The translations under genes and the position numbers were made by a program. A stretch of 64,000 nt of DNA from a virus (lineage: Duplodnaviria; Caudoviricetes): IMG/VR virus record IMGVR_UViG_3300030098_005649; one strand, 5' to 3'. Shown here in pieces: positions 28,568 to 37,559 of the stretch. The first letter of the stretch is position 1; each line of letters begins with the position of its first letter. The notes beneath the pieces were generated by a model. That model did not search any database. It was given only the letters and a program-made list of their open reading frames with translations, and was not told the origin of the DNA.

Positions 28568-28861
28568 ATGGCTAAAAAATGGCTGCATGTCTTCAAACAT
28601 ACAACAGATGAATGGTCGGATTTTTACGGCGGTGGTGGTGGTTTGCCAAGAGCATCTGATTTTGTAAATATAGATGAAGATAAGTTTTCACAATGGATTG
28701 TGGATGTCACAAATGAAAAACTATTATCAACCGAGTATGGTGATGGTTGGACACTTGATGACTATGAAGTGGCCGAACATACAGATGGACATTGGAAAGG
28801 TATGTGGGAAATTCAAGTAAAGAGAATTACACATCCTGATAGTGGCTCATTAGGAATATAG
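28568..28861 (+). CDS. acidic Trp-rich hypothetical protein
   Basis: SD agga. Confidence 0.6.
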   Translation: MAKKWLHVFKHTTDEWSDFYGGGGGLPRASDFVNIDEDKFSQWIVDVTNEKLLSTEYGDGWTLDDYEVAEHTDGHWKGMWEIQVKRITHPDSGSLGI

Positions 28862-28894
28862 TATATAATTTATTTCCCAATAGGGAGACATACA

Positions 28895-29101
28895 ATGACA
28901 AAATCTAATTACTTTTCTGATAAAAAGAAATCTTTCGATGATACATTATTTAGTATATCTAATCTAATGAAAAGATTTCAGGTTGATATCTCAAGAAAAG
29001 ATATAGATAAAAACTATCTATTGAATCGGCTAACTTATTGGATAGAAACTCTTGAGAATTTGAGACACGAAGTGATGATGTCTAAAAGTGATGAAAAATA
29101 A
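28895..29101 (+). CDS. hypothetical protein
   Basis: SD ggag. Confidence 0.6.
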   Translation: MTKSNYFSDKKKSFDDTLFSISNLMKRFQVDISRKDIDKNYLLNRLTYWIETLENLRHEVMMSKSDEK

Positions 29102-29121
29102 AGTCTTTCATAATTATATGT

Positions 29122-29346
29122 ATGGAAGACAAAGTTATAGGAATCGTTGAGAAGAATACACGAGAACAAATAAGAGTCACACGAAAGAACTATCGTGGAT
29201 ATGAATTCATTGATGTTCGTGTATATTGGAAAGACGAGACAACACAAGAGTGGAAACCGAGTAGTAAAGGTATTTCACTATCCCCAAAAACAATACCTCA
29301 GATAGTAGAGCACATCATAACAGGTGCAGAAGAACTCGGATTGTAA
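29122..29346 (+). CDS. PC4/YdbC-like ssDNA-binding protein
   Basis: IRV..YRGYEFIDVRVYW..WKPSSKGISL. Confidence 0.85.
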   Translation: MEDKVIGIVEKNTREQIRVTRKNYRGYEFIDVRVYWKDETTQEWKPSSKGISLSPKTIPQIVEHIITGAEELGL

Positions 29347-29491
29347 CATTCTGAACACTGTATCAATTTGTTATAACAATCTGAGACACATTTATCTCCC
29401 ACACCTAAAGTAAATTATACCCAACAAATTTTATTTTATTACTATACATAGAGTTATAGAGAATCTCCAAAATTGTGGTACAGTTTTTGTA
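29342..29491 (+). promoter_or_regulatory. sigma54-like regulatory region of pilin cassette
   Basis: TGGTAC-N5-TTGTA (29476-29491); TGT-N10-ACA (29342-29357); IHF consensus TATCAATTTGTTA (29361-29373); palindrome TTGTTATAACAA (29368-29379). Confidence 0.5.
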
Positions 29492-29540
29492 CTATATAAG
29501 TATAAATAATACTTGTTGAACAACTAATATGGAGATAATA

Positions 29541-30179
29541 ATGTTCAAAAACATAATGAAAAAACTGAAGAGTAGGAGAGGAAACTCACTTGCTGAATTC
29601 GCAGTTACAACCGCTATGATGGCTACATTAGCCACAACTGCAGCTCCCAAGTTTGGGCAAATTGGTGCAGGTGCAAAAGAGAAAAAGACTATCGCTAATA
29701 TCGATAAAATTGTAACGGTTGCTAATAATTTTTATAACCAAACATTATCCGAAGAGGGTAAGGGAAGATTTCCTGGACAATCTAAATACGACCAACCAGT
29801 TGGTGGTGTTTCATTATCTGAAGGACAACTTACTGATGAAGCCTTAGAGATATATGTTGAAACTATTCTTGATGCTAAAGACAATTACGAATCAGACTTA
29901 GGTGAGTTTGTTTATGTATTTTCAACTGCATCTGATGACGATGATGCCTTACAAGGTAATTGGATGAATGATGAAACATCTGTAGCATTTGATGTAGATG
30001 GTGCATTAGATTTCAAATCAGACTTTGGTAACAATGGTATATCATCCCCATTTCAGGATGGTTCATATGCATACTTGGTAATACCAGGTAGTGGTTCAGG
30101 TACAGATGCTCAAGCACCTGCACTTATCGTAATAGATACTGAGAACCCTGCAGAACTAAATAAAACTTTAGTACCATAA
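29541..30179 (+). CDS. type IV pilin-like protein 1 (candidate major pilin), atypical Asn at +1
   Basis: KSRRG|NSLAEFAVTTAMMATLATTAAPKF class III signal with E5; SD ggag. Confidence 0.8.
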   Translation: MFKNIMKKLKSRRGNSLAEFAVTTAMMATLATTAAPKFGQIGAGAKEKKTIANIDKIVTVANNFYNQTLSEEGKGRFPGQSKYDQPVGGVSLSEGQLTDEALEIYVETILDAKDNYESDLGEFVYVFSTASDDDDALQGNWMNDETSVAFDVDGALDFKSDFGNNGISSPFQDGSYAYLVIPGSGSGTDAQAPALIVIDTENPAELNKTLVP

Positions 30180-30190
30180 ATAAAAAAACA

Positions 30191-30207
30191 GAACGAAAGA
30201 CTCGTTC
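30191..30207 (+). other. intercistronic hairpin between pilin 1 and pilin 2
   Basis: GAACGA-AAGAC-TCGTTC. Confidence 0.55.
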
Positions 30208-30221
30208 AGAAAGAGAACAAA

Positions 30222-30671
30222 ATGAAGAAACTAAAAAACAAAAACGGATTCACTCTTATTGAGTTGATAATGGTTATGATAATATTAGGAGTATTATCAG
30301 CAGTTGCCATACCGAGATACTTGGATACCATCGAAAAGGCAGAAGAAGCTGCTGAAGATGCAGTTATAAGTAATATCGGTGTCGCTCTTGACAACTATGC
30401 TATCCATAAGTTGGTAGATAGTGGTAGAGGAATATGGCCAGACAATCCATTTGATGCACTAAAAGACAAACCACAAACTTATACTACTGACGGTACAAAT
30501 GCCGACACAGATAATGAGTGGACATTTGTAGATGGTGACCCAGCATACATTACCCATCAAAGGTCTGATAACACCAGATGGAAGTGGGAGTATGATGCAG
30601 GAATAAACACAGGAACAGATTCAGATACTACTGGTACATTAGGCAGTAGAGAAAGTCTGTCAAGTGAATAA
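30222..30671 (+). CDS. type IV pilin-like protein 2
   Basis: KNKNG|FTLIELIMVMIILGVLSAVAIPRY. Confidence 0.95.
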   Translation: MKKLKNKNGFTLIELIMVMIILGVLSAVAIPRYLDTIEKAEEAAEDAVISNIGVALDNYAIHKLVDSGRGIWPDNPFDALKDKPQTYTTDGTNADTDNEWTFVDGDPAYITHQRSDNTRWKWEYDAGINTGTDSDTTGTLGSRESLSSE

Positions 30672-31134
30672 TAAGAACGGGTTTACTTTAGTGGAACTCA
30701 TTATGGTGATGGTAATTGTGGGAATACTCGCAGCAGTATCTATACCACGATTTGCTGATATTGTAAGACAATCCGAGGCCGCAGCAGAACAAGGAATCCT
30801 TGTGAATTTAGTCGCGGCCTTAGATACTTATAGTCAAGAACAATTCATTGAAGAGGGTGTGGTTAGTTGGCCAGACAATCCATTTGATGCCTTGAATAAA
30901 GTACCACCATCATATGATAAAACACAATCTACTTTGATGACTCAGATGAAAGATAGTGATTGGATTTATACAGGTCAGGCAAGTAATGATTATAAAAATT
31001 CAATCGTACACAGACGAAAAGAAGATAGTTTAGCAATTTGGACTTATGATAAAACAACAGGTGAGATAGGATATTCCAATCCACCTTACAAACCAAATCA
31101 AGTCGTATACAGACCTGATTTACAAGGACAATAA
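30664..31134 (+). CDS. type IV pilin-like protein 3
   Basis: KNG|FTLVELIMVMVIVGILAAVSIPRF. Confidence 0.95.
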   Translation: MNNKNGFTLVELIMVMVIVGILAAVSIPRFADIVRQSEAAAEQGILVNLVAALDTYSQEQFIEEGVVSWPDNPFDALNKVPPSYDKTQSTLMTQMKDSDWIYTGQASNDYKNSIVHRRKEDSLAIWTYDKTTGEIGYSNPPYKPNQVVYRPDLQGQ

Positions 31135-31141
31135 AAATCGA

Positions 31142-31585
31142 ATGAAAAAACTACTGAAAGAAAAAATGAATGAAGGTTTTTCGTTGGTAGAATTAGTAAT
31201 GGTTATGGTCATCTTAGGAATATTATCTGCAGTTGCAGTACCTAAGATGTCCGCCGTTCTAAACAGAGCAACTGTTAGAGCTGAAAAGGCAGTGGTAGAC
31301 CAAGTATGGGCAGGTGCCGAACAATATGCTGGTGACAAACTTTTAGAAGTAGGAACAGAATCTTGGCCTTATAATCCTCTATCAACTTTTGGTAGAACTC
31401 GTAATATGAATATAAATTTAGTATTAGGTATACCTGACGAGGATGACGAATGGCAGTATAACATCGAAAGTGATGGTGAGGGTAGAGTATATCATTTTAG
31501 AATTGATGATGAGATATGGTATTACACATATGATTCTACAACATTTCAATTAGCAGAAGAACCAGTGAGGTATATAGCACAATAA
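31142..31585 (+). CDS. type IV pilin-like protein 4
   Basis: NEG|FSLVELVMVMVILGILSAVAVPKM. Confidence 0.95.
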   Translation: MKKLLKEKMNEGFSLVELVMVMVILGILSAVAVPKMSAVLNRATVRAEKAVVDQVWAGAEQYAGDKLLEVGTESWPYNPLSTFGRTRNMNINLVLGIPDEDDEWQYNIESDGEGRVYHFRIDDEIWYYTYDSTTFQLAEEPVRYIAQ

Positions 31586-32010
31586 TGGATGATAAAATAA
31601 AAGAACTACTATTATACTTTGGTATATTTGGATGTATAATGTTTGTATTACTAAGACCAGATCCAGATGAAATACCAAAAGTAAAACCACCATCAATGGA
31701 ATACTTTGATGAAACACCAATTGTTGCTTGGAGAGCATATGATAGAAAAGGTGGACCTTGTATAAAGGTTAGGTACAAGGTACAACGAGATAAAACAAGA
31801 TTGTATATGTTTGCTGAAAATGGAAAGTTGGTACATCAAACACCATTAGCATTAGATAGATTCAAAGATGGTAGAGAAAGAACAGAAACATATGTTTGGA
31901 AACTTTACAGAACTGAATGGACATCTGATATAAATCCTGGATACTACACAATCGTAGTTGGAACAGACCACGACAAAAGAGGCATAGGTACAGAGATAGA
32001 AGTATTATGA
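31585..32010 (+). CDS. membrane-anchored protein with FlgD/Ig-like beta domain
   Basis: N-terminal TM; beta pattern ending YVWK..PGYYTIVV; TAATG coupling to pilin 4. Confidence 0.5.
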   Translation: MDDKIKELLLYFGIFGCIMFVLLRPDPDEIPKVKPPSMEYFDETPIVAWRAYDRKGGPCIKVRYKVQRDKTRLYMFAENGKLVHQTPLALDRFKDGRERTETYVWKLYRTEWTSDINPGYYTIVVGTDHDKRGIGTEIEVL

Positions 32011-32594
32011 AGTACCTAGCACTTTTATTATTACTAAGTGTTACATATTCTCAAGATATCCAACAAGTATCGGAAACAAAAAGAAGTAGTGTATACGGAC
32101 AAGATTGTGATGATACGGAATATAGAAATTCCAATGGTACACCCAATTGGAAAAACTATGGACAATGGTTATCCGAATGTGATTCAATCCAAACAGTAAC
32201 CTTAGATATAGAATTTGCCGAAAGACGAAAGAAACAACAAAGAGAACAAGCCATACAAGATAGTATTGAATTATCAGAAGTAGAAGATATAGATTTTGAT
32301 TTAGATGCTATGTGGGAAAATACAGTATGGGAAGAAATACAAGATGTCACTACGGTGTATGCAGAAGTAGAACAAATAACTGCAGTTGCTGGTGTTCGTG
32401 GAGCTGAAGCAGAAGATGAAGCATTAGCTCTTTTATATTATAGAAAATCAATGAAAGGATTATCAGAATTAGACCTACAAAAAGCCTTGGGTAAACTTAT
32501 AATAAAAAGAGGCAACCTTTCTGATGATGACCCACAGGCTATAAAAATAGATTCTTACATAAAACAAATAAAATCGAAGTTAGAGAAAGTATAA
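32007..32594 (+). CDS. secreted protein with TAVAGVRG motif
   Basis: Signal peptide TYS|Q; ATGA coupling. Confidence 0.55.
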   Translation: MKYLALLLLLSVTYSQDIQQVSETKRSSVYGQDCDDTEYRNSNGTPNWKNYGQWLSECDSIQTVTLDIEFAERRKKQQREQAIQDSIELSEVEDIDFDLDAMWENTVWEEIQDVTTVYAEVEQITAVAGVRGAEAEDEALALLYYRKSMKGLSELDLQKALGKLIIKRGNLSDDDPQAIKIDSYIKQIKSKLEKV

Positions 32595-32624
32595 TACTAT
32601 TTATAAAAAAGAAAAATAATATAT

Positions 32625-33131
32625 ATGCCTCTAAGTCGTTGGACAAGTAAACATAGAACTACTCTTGGTCGTAAAAGAAAAGATGACCCACAGAATAAAA
32701 GTTATAGAACACCACCCAAGCCAGAATCTTATTACACGAGTACAAAAGGTCAATGTCGTTGGTGTGGTAATGTAATTACAAAGGAAGATGGTACAATCAA
32801 TATGAGGAAAAGTTGGCACGAACAATGTGTTGATGAGTATATGATTATTTACCATACACGAGAAGCACGAAAGCATGTTTACAAAAGAGATAAGGGTGAA
32901 TGTAATTATTGTGGAAAAAATTGTGGTAGACGAAGATGGGACTTAGACCATATCAGACCTTTATGGGAACAAAAAGGAGTAAAGGAAAAAGATTTGGATT
33001 GGAGTTATTGGGCATTAGATAACTTACAAACATTATGTAGAAAATGTCATAAAGAAAAAACAAAGACAGATACTGCAAATGCAAGAAAATCTAAAAAAGT
33101 TATTTACAAAAGAATAGAGAAGTTCAAATGA
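32625..33131 (+). CDS. HNH endonuclease
   Basis: CNYCG..DLDHIRPL..NLQTLCRKCHKEKT. Confidence 0.9.
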   Translation: MPLSRWTSKHRTTLGRKRKDDPQNKSYRTPPKPESYYTSTKGQCRWCGNVITKEDGTINMRKSWHEQCVDEYMIIYHTREARKHVYKRDKGECNYCGKNCGRRRWDLDHIRPLWEQKGVKEKDLDWSYWALDNLQTLCRKCHKEKTKTDTANARKSKKVIYKRIEKFK

Positions 33132-33718
33132 TACAAATGAATAAATGGGCTATACGAGGTTCTATACATACTGGTTATCAAGAAAGTATGTTAGGAATAA
33201 TGAAGTGGATAAAAGATAATTCACCAAATAAAATTATACAACTTGGTACAGGTAGTGGAGTCATCACATTCCTTATGGCACAATATTTATATGATACAAA
33301 CCCAAATGGTAAAATAAAAGCTTATGATTGGTGGGATGATTCAAGTGATGGGTTTCATATTTTTAGTATGGATGATTTTGAATTTTCATATCGTAATCAA
33401 CCAAAAGAATTACAGAACATAATCGAATATGAAAAGTTGGATTATAGAAAATGGTTGGATAATCCTGATACTGATTGGGATATGATTTATTTAGATTTGA
33501 ATAATGATGGTGAGAAGATTGAAAAAATATATGATGTGCTAAAAGATAAAGTACTTGATGAGGGTAAGGTGATATTTTTTGAAGGTGGTACGGATGGTAG
33601 ATTCAATAAAGAAGCGTATAAAGGTAGAAAGAAATTTTCTGAAATGAAAGACATACCATATAAAGTATATAGTGTGGGAATAAAAAGTTTCGGAGTAATA
33701 AGTAGGGAGTTCATATAA
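33128..33718 (+). CDS. class I SAM-dependent methyltransferase-like protein
   Basis: IIQLGTGSG, WDMIYLD. Confidence 0.65.
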   Translation: MIQMNKWAIRGSIHTGYQESMLGIMKWIKDNSPNKIIQLGTGSGVITFLMAQYLYDTNPNGKIKAYDWWDDSSDGFHIFSMDDFEFSYRNQPKELQNIIEYEKLDYRKWLDNPDTDWDMIYLDLNNDGEKIEKIYDVLKDKVLDEGKVIFFEGGTDGRFNKEAYKGRKKFSEMKDIPYKVYSVGIKSFGVISREFI

Positions 33719-33951
33719 TGAAAGAACCAGTATTGAGGAGAGTTCCACCAGGTGATAAATGGATGGACTATAATGACCAAAATGAAGAAGTATTTCCATC
33801 ACTAACTGATGGACTACAATATGTTTTTGAAACACAAGGTCAAACAGAATTCCATATTGATGCAAGAGCTGGTGTTGTTTTTGTGGTCAAACCTGACCCA
33901 CCAAAAGCTCCACCACCACCAAAAACATTTTCTTTGTATGGTGACGAATAG
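33718..33951 (+). CDS. hypothetical protein
   Basis: TAATG coupling. Confidence 0.6.
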   Translation: MKEPVLRRVPPGDKWMDYNDQNEEVFPSLTDGLQYVFETQGQTEFHIDARAGVVFVVKPDPPKAPPPPKTFSLYGDE

Positions 33952-34235
33952 TGAGTAGGGATAAAGAAACGGAACAGTGGAAATACTTTAGTAAACTTAT
34001 GGATGATTACAAGTCTGGTAAACGAGGAGTTCAACCAGGTCATCCAAAAGAAATAGAAGATGCAATAAAAACATTTTTAGATGCAGCTAATATGATTAGA
34101 GAATTTCCTGAGATTGATACTATACCACCAGAGTATGTTGAGAACTTATTCAAAGTACTAACCAAGTATCCTGAATATAATAGGCTAACATTAGAATTGG
34201 TAGATATTTTGAATAAAGGTCAAAATAATGCTTGA
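33951..34235 (+). CDS. hypothetical protein
   Basis: Coupled GTG start. Confidence 0.55.
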   Translation: MSRDKETEQWKYFSKLMDDYKSGKRGVQPGHPKEIEDAIKTFLDAANMIREFPEIDTIPPEYVENLFKVLTKYPEYNRLTLELVDILNKGQNNA

Positions 34236-34260
34236 CCCGTATTGCTTTTTTTCGTAAGTT
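34232..34260 (+). promoter_or_regulatory. sigma70-type early promoter
   Basis: aatgcTTGACC-17-TAAGTT. Confidence 0.7.
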
Positions 34261-34269
34261 TAAGGATTA

Positions 34270-34494
34270 ATGTTATCAAGAGAGTTTTTATTAGAACGAG
34301 GTTATTGTTGTGGTCACGGATGTCTTATGTGTCCGTATGAACCAAAACATATAAAGAATAATACAGATGTTGCACAACATTGTAAGTTATGTGAAAAGAA
34401 TAAAGAAATAGCAGGTGGTTATGTCATCTGTTTTGATTGTTTATTTGAGTTAGACATCAATCATAAAAATTACAAAAAATATAAAAAAAAGTGA
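34270..34494 (+). CDS. DUF5522-like Cys-rich small protein
   Basis: LLERGYCCGHGCLMCPY. Confidence 0.8.
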   Translation: MLSREFLLERGYCCGHGCLMCPYEPKHIKNNTDVAQHCKLCEKNKEIAGGYVICFDCLFELDINHKNYKKYKKK

Positions 34495-34503
34495 AAATAG
34501 TGC

Positions 34504-34532
34504 TTGACCCGTATTGCTTTTCTTTGTATATT
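34504..34532 (+). promoter_or_regulatory. sigma70-type early promoter
   Basis: atagtgcTTGACC-17-TATATT. Confidence 0.8.
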
Positions 34533-34558
34533 TAGGTATGAAAAATAAAGGAAAAATA

Positions 34559-36676
34559 ATGAACTTCGAGACAAAATTCAACCCTAATAGACTCAGAGAA
34601 TTATATTCTGCTGGTTCTAAAAAAGATAAGGTTGGACAAAACTTTTGGTTGTCTGATGAGTGGGATAGTCGTAGGACTTCTTTCTTTGATAATGACGATG
34701 AAGATTTTGTCAAACCTAAAGTAGATGTTATGAAACTTTCTTCTATGAAGAAGGCAGTTAGTAACTTCGTTTCTATTGTAACTCAAGACCCAACAATCAA
34801 AGTAAAATTCAACTCTGGTAAAGATTCTTATACTGATGGTAAAGTTGTAGTTATCTCATCAAATACTGATGATAAAATTTTCAACCCAACTGTTGGTTTG
34901 GCTCTTCACGAGGGTTCACATTGTAAACTAACTGATTTTGAGTATGTAAAAGATTTCTTATTTTCAATTCCACAAGAGTACATCAATCGTGCTAAAGAAT
35001 TTGGAATTGATGATTATGTAGTAAAGACTCACCTAAAAAATATCTTGAATTATGTTGAGGATAGAAGAATTGACTACTATGTTTTCAAGACTTCACCTGG
35101 TTACAAGGCATACTATCATTCAATGTATGACAAGTATTTCAACTCTAAAATTGTTGATAAGGCACTTGACTCTTCTGAGTATACTGATGAGACTTGGGAG
35201 TCTTATGAGTTTAGACTTATCAATCTTACTAATAAGAATACTCAGTTAGATGCATTGAAAGGACTTCGTGAGATTTACAATCTTATTGATTTCAAAAATA
35301 TTGGTAGACTAAAATCTACTGAAGATGCTGGTAAAATTGCATACAAGATTTATGACATCATCCTAAATAATCTTCAACCACTTACTACAGAAGAAGATTC
35401 AGATGGTTCTGAGAATGGTGATGGAGATGACTCACAAGAGGGTACTCCACAACCATCTAACGGAAATGAAGATGGAATGAGTGATGGTAATTTTGACTTG
35501 AATGATGGACAAGAATCTAATGGTGGTAACCAAAGTACTTTCCAACCATCTAACGAACTTTCTGATAGACAAAAGAAACAATTAGAAAACGCTGTAAAGA
35601 AACAAAAGAAATTTCAAGATGGTGAAATCACTAAAAAGAAAGTTTCTAAGGCTACTCAAAATGAACTAACGGCAGTTGAAGAATCGGGCGCTGAAATGGT
35701 TGATGTTACTGAGTATCATTCAACAGATTGGAATGGTAAAAAATACTACCCTAAAGTTCTTGTTTATAGAAATCTTACTGAATCTCTAATGGACTCAGAT
35801 ATGGTTAGTATAATTGATTCTTATTGGTACAAGAATAGAGATAGACAAGACTACTACAGAAATACAGATGAGAATTATGTAACTGAGGGTATCAGACTTG
35901 GTACTATCTTAGGTAAGAAATTACAAGTTAGAAATGATTCTCGTACTACTAAGTGGACAAGACTTGATAGTGGTAGAATCGATAAGAGATTGATTGCAGA
36001 ACTTGGTTTTGGTAATGATAGAGTTTTCCAAACTTCTTATACTGAATCTTACTCAGATGCTATCATTCACATCTCAGTAGATGCGAGTGGTTCAATGGGT
36101 GGTGAAAAGTGGACTAAAACAATGACTTCTGTTGTGGCTATTACTAAGGCGGCTTCAATGATTCAAGGATTGGATGTGGTTGTTTCTTTTCGTTCAACTC
36201 AAAATACTTCAGGTAGATATGGTAGAAATGGTATGTATGTACCAATGATTCTTATTGGATATGATTCAAGAAAAGATAAATTCAACAAAGTAAAAAGATA
36301 CTTCAACTACATCAGACCAGGTGGTACTACACCAGAAGGTTTATGTTTTGAGGCGATTATGAAAGAAATTGACGCTACTACTAATGATAGAGATTCTTTC
36401 TTTCTAAATCTTTCAGATGGAATGCCAATGTTCAATGGTCAAAATATTGACTACAATGGTGAACAGGCTTTGAATCATACTCGTAAAATGGTAAAAGTAC
36501 TTCGTGAAAGAGGTATCAAAGTTATGAGTTACTTTATTGGAGATAGATACGATTATAGTGGAGATAGAGTTATGAGTAATTTCAAAACAATGTATGGTAA
36601 TGACTCACAATTTATTGATACCACAAATGTTACTTCTTTAGCTAGAACAATGAACAAAAGATTCCTACAGAAGTAA
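34559..36676 (+). CDS. vWA-domain protein with N-terminal HExxH domain (MoxR partner, CobT-like)
   Basis: LALHEGSH; NYVEDRRID; acidic linker; VDASGSMG MIDAS; GGTTPE; LSDG. Confidence 0.85.
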   Translation: MNFETKFNPNRLRELYSAGSKKDKVGQNFWLSDEWDSRRTSFFDNDDEDFVKPKVDVMKLSSMKKAVSNFVSIVTQDPTIKVKFNSGKDSYTDGKVVVISSNTDDKIFNPTVGLALHEGSHCKLTDFEYVKDFLFSIPQEYINRAKEFGIDDYVVKTHLKNILNYVEDRRIDYYVFKTSPGYKAYYHSMYDKYFNSKIVDKALDSSEYTDETWESYEFRLINLTNKNTQLDALKGLREIYNLIDFKNIGRLKSTEDAGKIAYKIYDIILNNLQPLTTEEDSDGSENGDGDDSQEGTPQPSNGNEDGMSDGNFDLNDGQESNGGNQSTFQPSNELSDRQKKQLENAVKKQKKFQDGEITKKKVSKATQNELTAVEESGAEMVDVTEYHSTDWNGKKYYPKVLVYRNLTESLMDSDMVSIIDSYWYKNRDRQDYYRNTDENYVTEGIRLGTILGKKLQVRNDSRTTKWTRLDSGRIDKRLIAELGFGNDRVFQTSYTESYSDAIIHISVDASGSMGGEKWTKTMTSVVAITKAASMIQGLDVVVSFRSTQNTSGRYGRNGMYVPMILIGYDSRKDKFNKVKRYFNYIRPGGTTPEGLCFEAIMKEIDATTNDRDSFFLNLSDGMPMFNGQNIDYNGEQALNHTRKMVKVLRERGIKVMSYFIGDRYDYSGDRVMSNFKTMYGNDSQFIDTTNVTSLARTMNKRFLQK

Positions 36677-36855
36677 TGATATTCAAATGGTTACATAATA
36701 GAAAGTATAAAGACCAACCGATGTGTCCTTGTGGGTGGAGAATGATTCCATCCACTCGGAAACACTTTGAACAATATTGGATTTGTAAATTTGTCGAATG
36801 TACTTGGGAAGCATTTACCAATGAAACTTATAGGGTAAAATTTTGGAAATCGTAA
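36676..36855 (+). CDS. 59-aa zinc-ribbon-like protein (not in ORF track)
   Basis: TAATG coupling; CPCG..CKFVEC. Confidence 0.55.
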   Translation: MIFKWLHNRKYKDQPMCPCGWRMIPSTRKHFEQYWICKFVECTWEAFTNETYRVKFWKS

Positions 36856-36873
36856 AAAAAATAAAAAAAGTGC

Positions 36874-36903
36874 TTGACCCGTATAGGTTTTTTACCTTAT
36901 ATT
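36874..36903 (+). promoter_or_regulatory. sigma70-type early promoter
   Basis: aaaagtgcTTGACC-18-TATATT. Confidence 0.8.
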
Positions 36904-37020
36904 ATGGTATGAATTTTAGGAGAAATATTATGAATTGGAAACTAATCGGTTATAGAATCGCAGAATTTCTAACTTGTTTATTGATGTTTGGAACATTTTA
37001 CTTTTGGATGGTATTAGTAA

Positions 37021-37488
37021 ATGTATAAACATTTGAATTTGAAACCTGTCAAACTTATGACACTTAGAGAAAAGAGAACTGCTCAACTTGAAGTAATTCT
37101 CAAGGACGAAGTTTATCTACCAAAAGATAATAGTTTTCGTCCATTCGTGGATGATATGTATTTCGCACTACAGAGTGAAAACAGAACCATCACACCTAAG
37201 ATGGACGATGCAATTACTGGTATCGTACAACGATATGCAAAACATTTGAAGAACACTACTGATTCAGACTTCATAGAAAAAAGAGATAAGTTAGTTGCAA
37301 AGGTTGATAAGGTTATTGACCTACTAACTAAATGTGATTATAGTCCTGAATATGAGGGTGGTAAATTAGAAATGTTAGTTTCATTTAGAAAACAGGCCAG
37401 TAGAAATGGTTATCTCTCAAAGAAACAAAAATTAGTATTGAATAAATTTTACCAACAATTTCTGAAAAAAGTTGAAAAAAGTGCTTGA
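37021..37488 (+). CDS. hypothetical protein
   Basis: Overlap coupling. Confidence 0.65.
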   Translation: MYKHLNLKPVKLMTLREKRTAQLEVILKDEVYLPKDNSFRPFVDDMYFALQSENRTITPKMDDAITGIVQRYAKHLKNTTDSDFIEKRDKLVAKVDKVIDLLTKCDYSPEYEGGKLEMLVSFRKQASRNGYLSKKQKLVLNKFYQQFLKKVEKSA

Positions 37489-37514
37489 CTTGTATAGGCT
37501 TTTATCAGTATATT
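37485..37514 (+). promoter_or_regulatory. sigma70-type early promoter
   Basis: aaaagtgcTTGACT-18-TATATT. Confidence 0.8.
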
Positions 37515-37559
37515 AGGGTATCGAAAATGACAAAAAAACAAACAAAAGGAAATAAAGTT

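Noticed and set aside
29501-29508. T4 late promoter TATAAATA before the pilins
   Set aside because: A single intergenic occurrence noticed in very AT-rich DNA and no gp55/gp33 in the window; not supported as a class.
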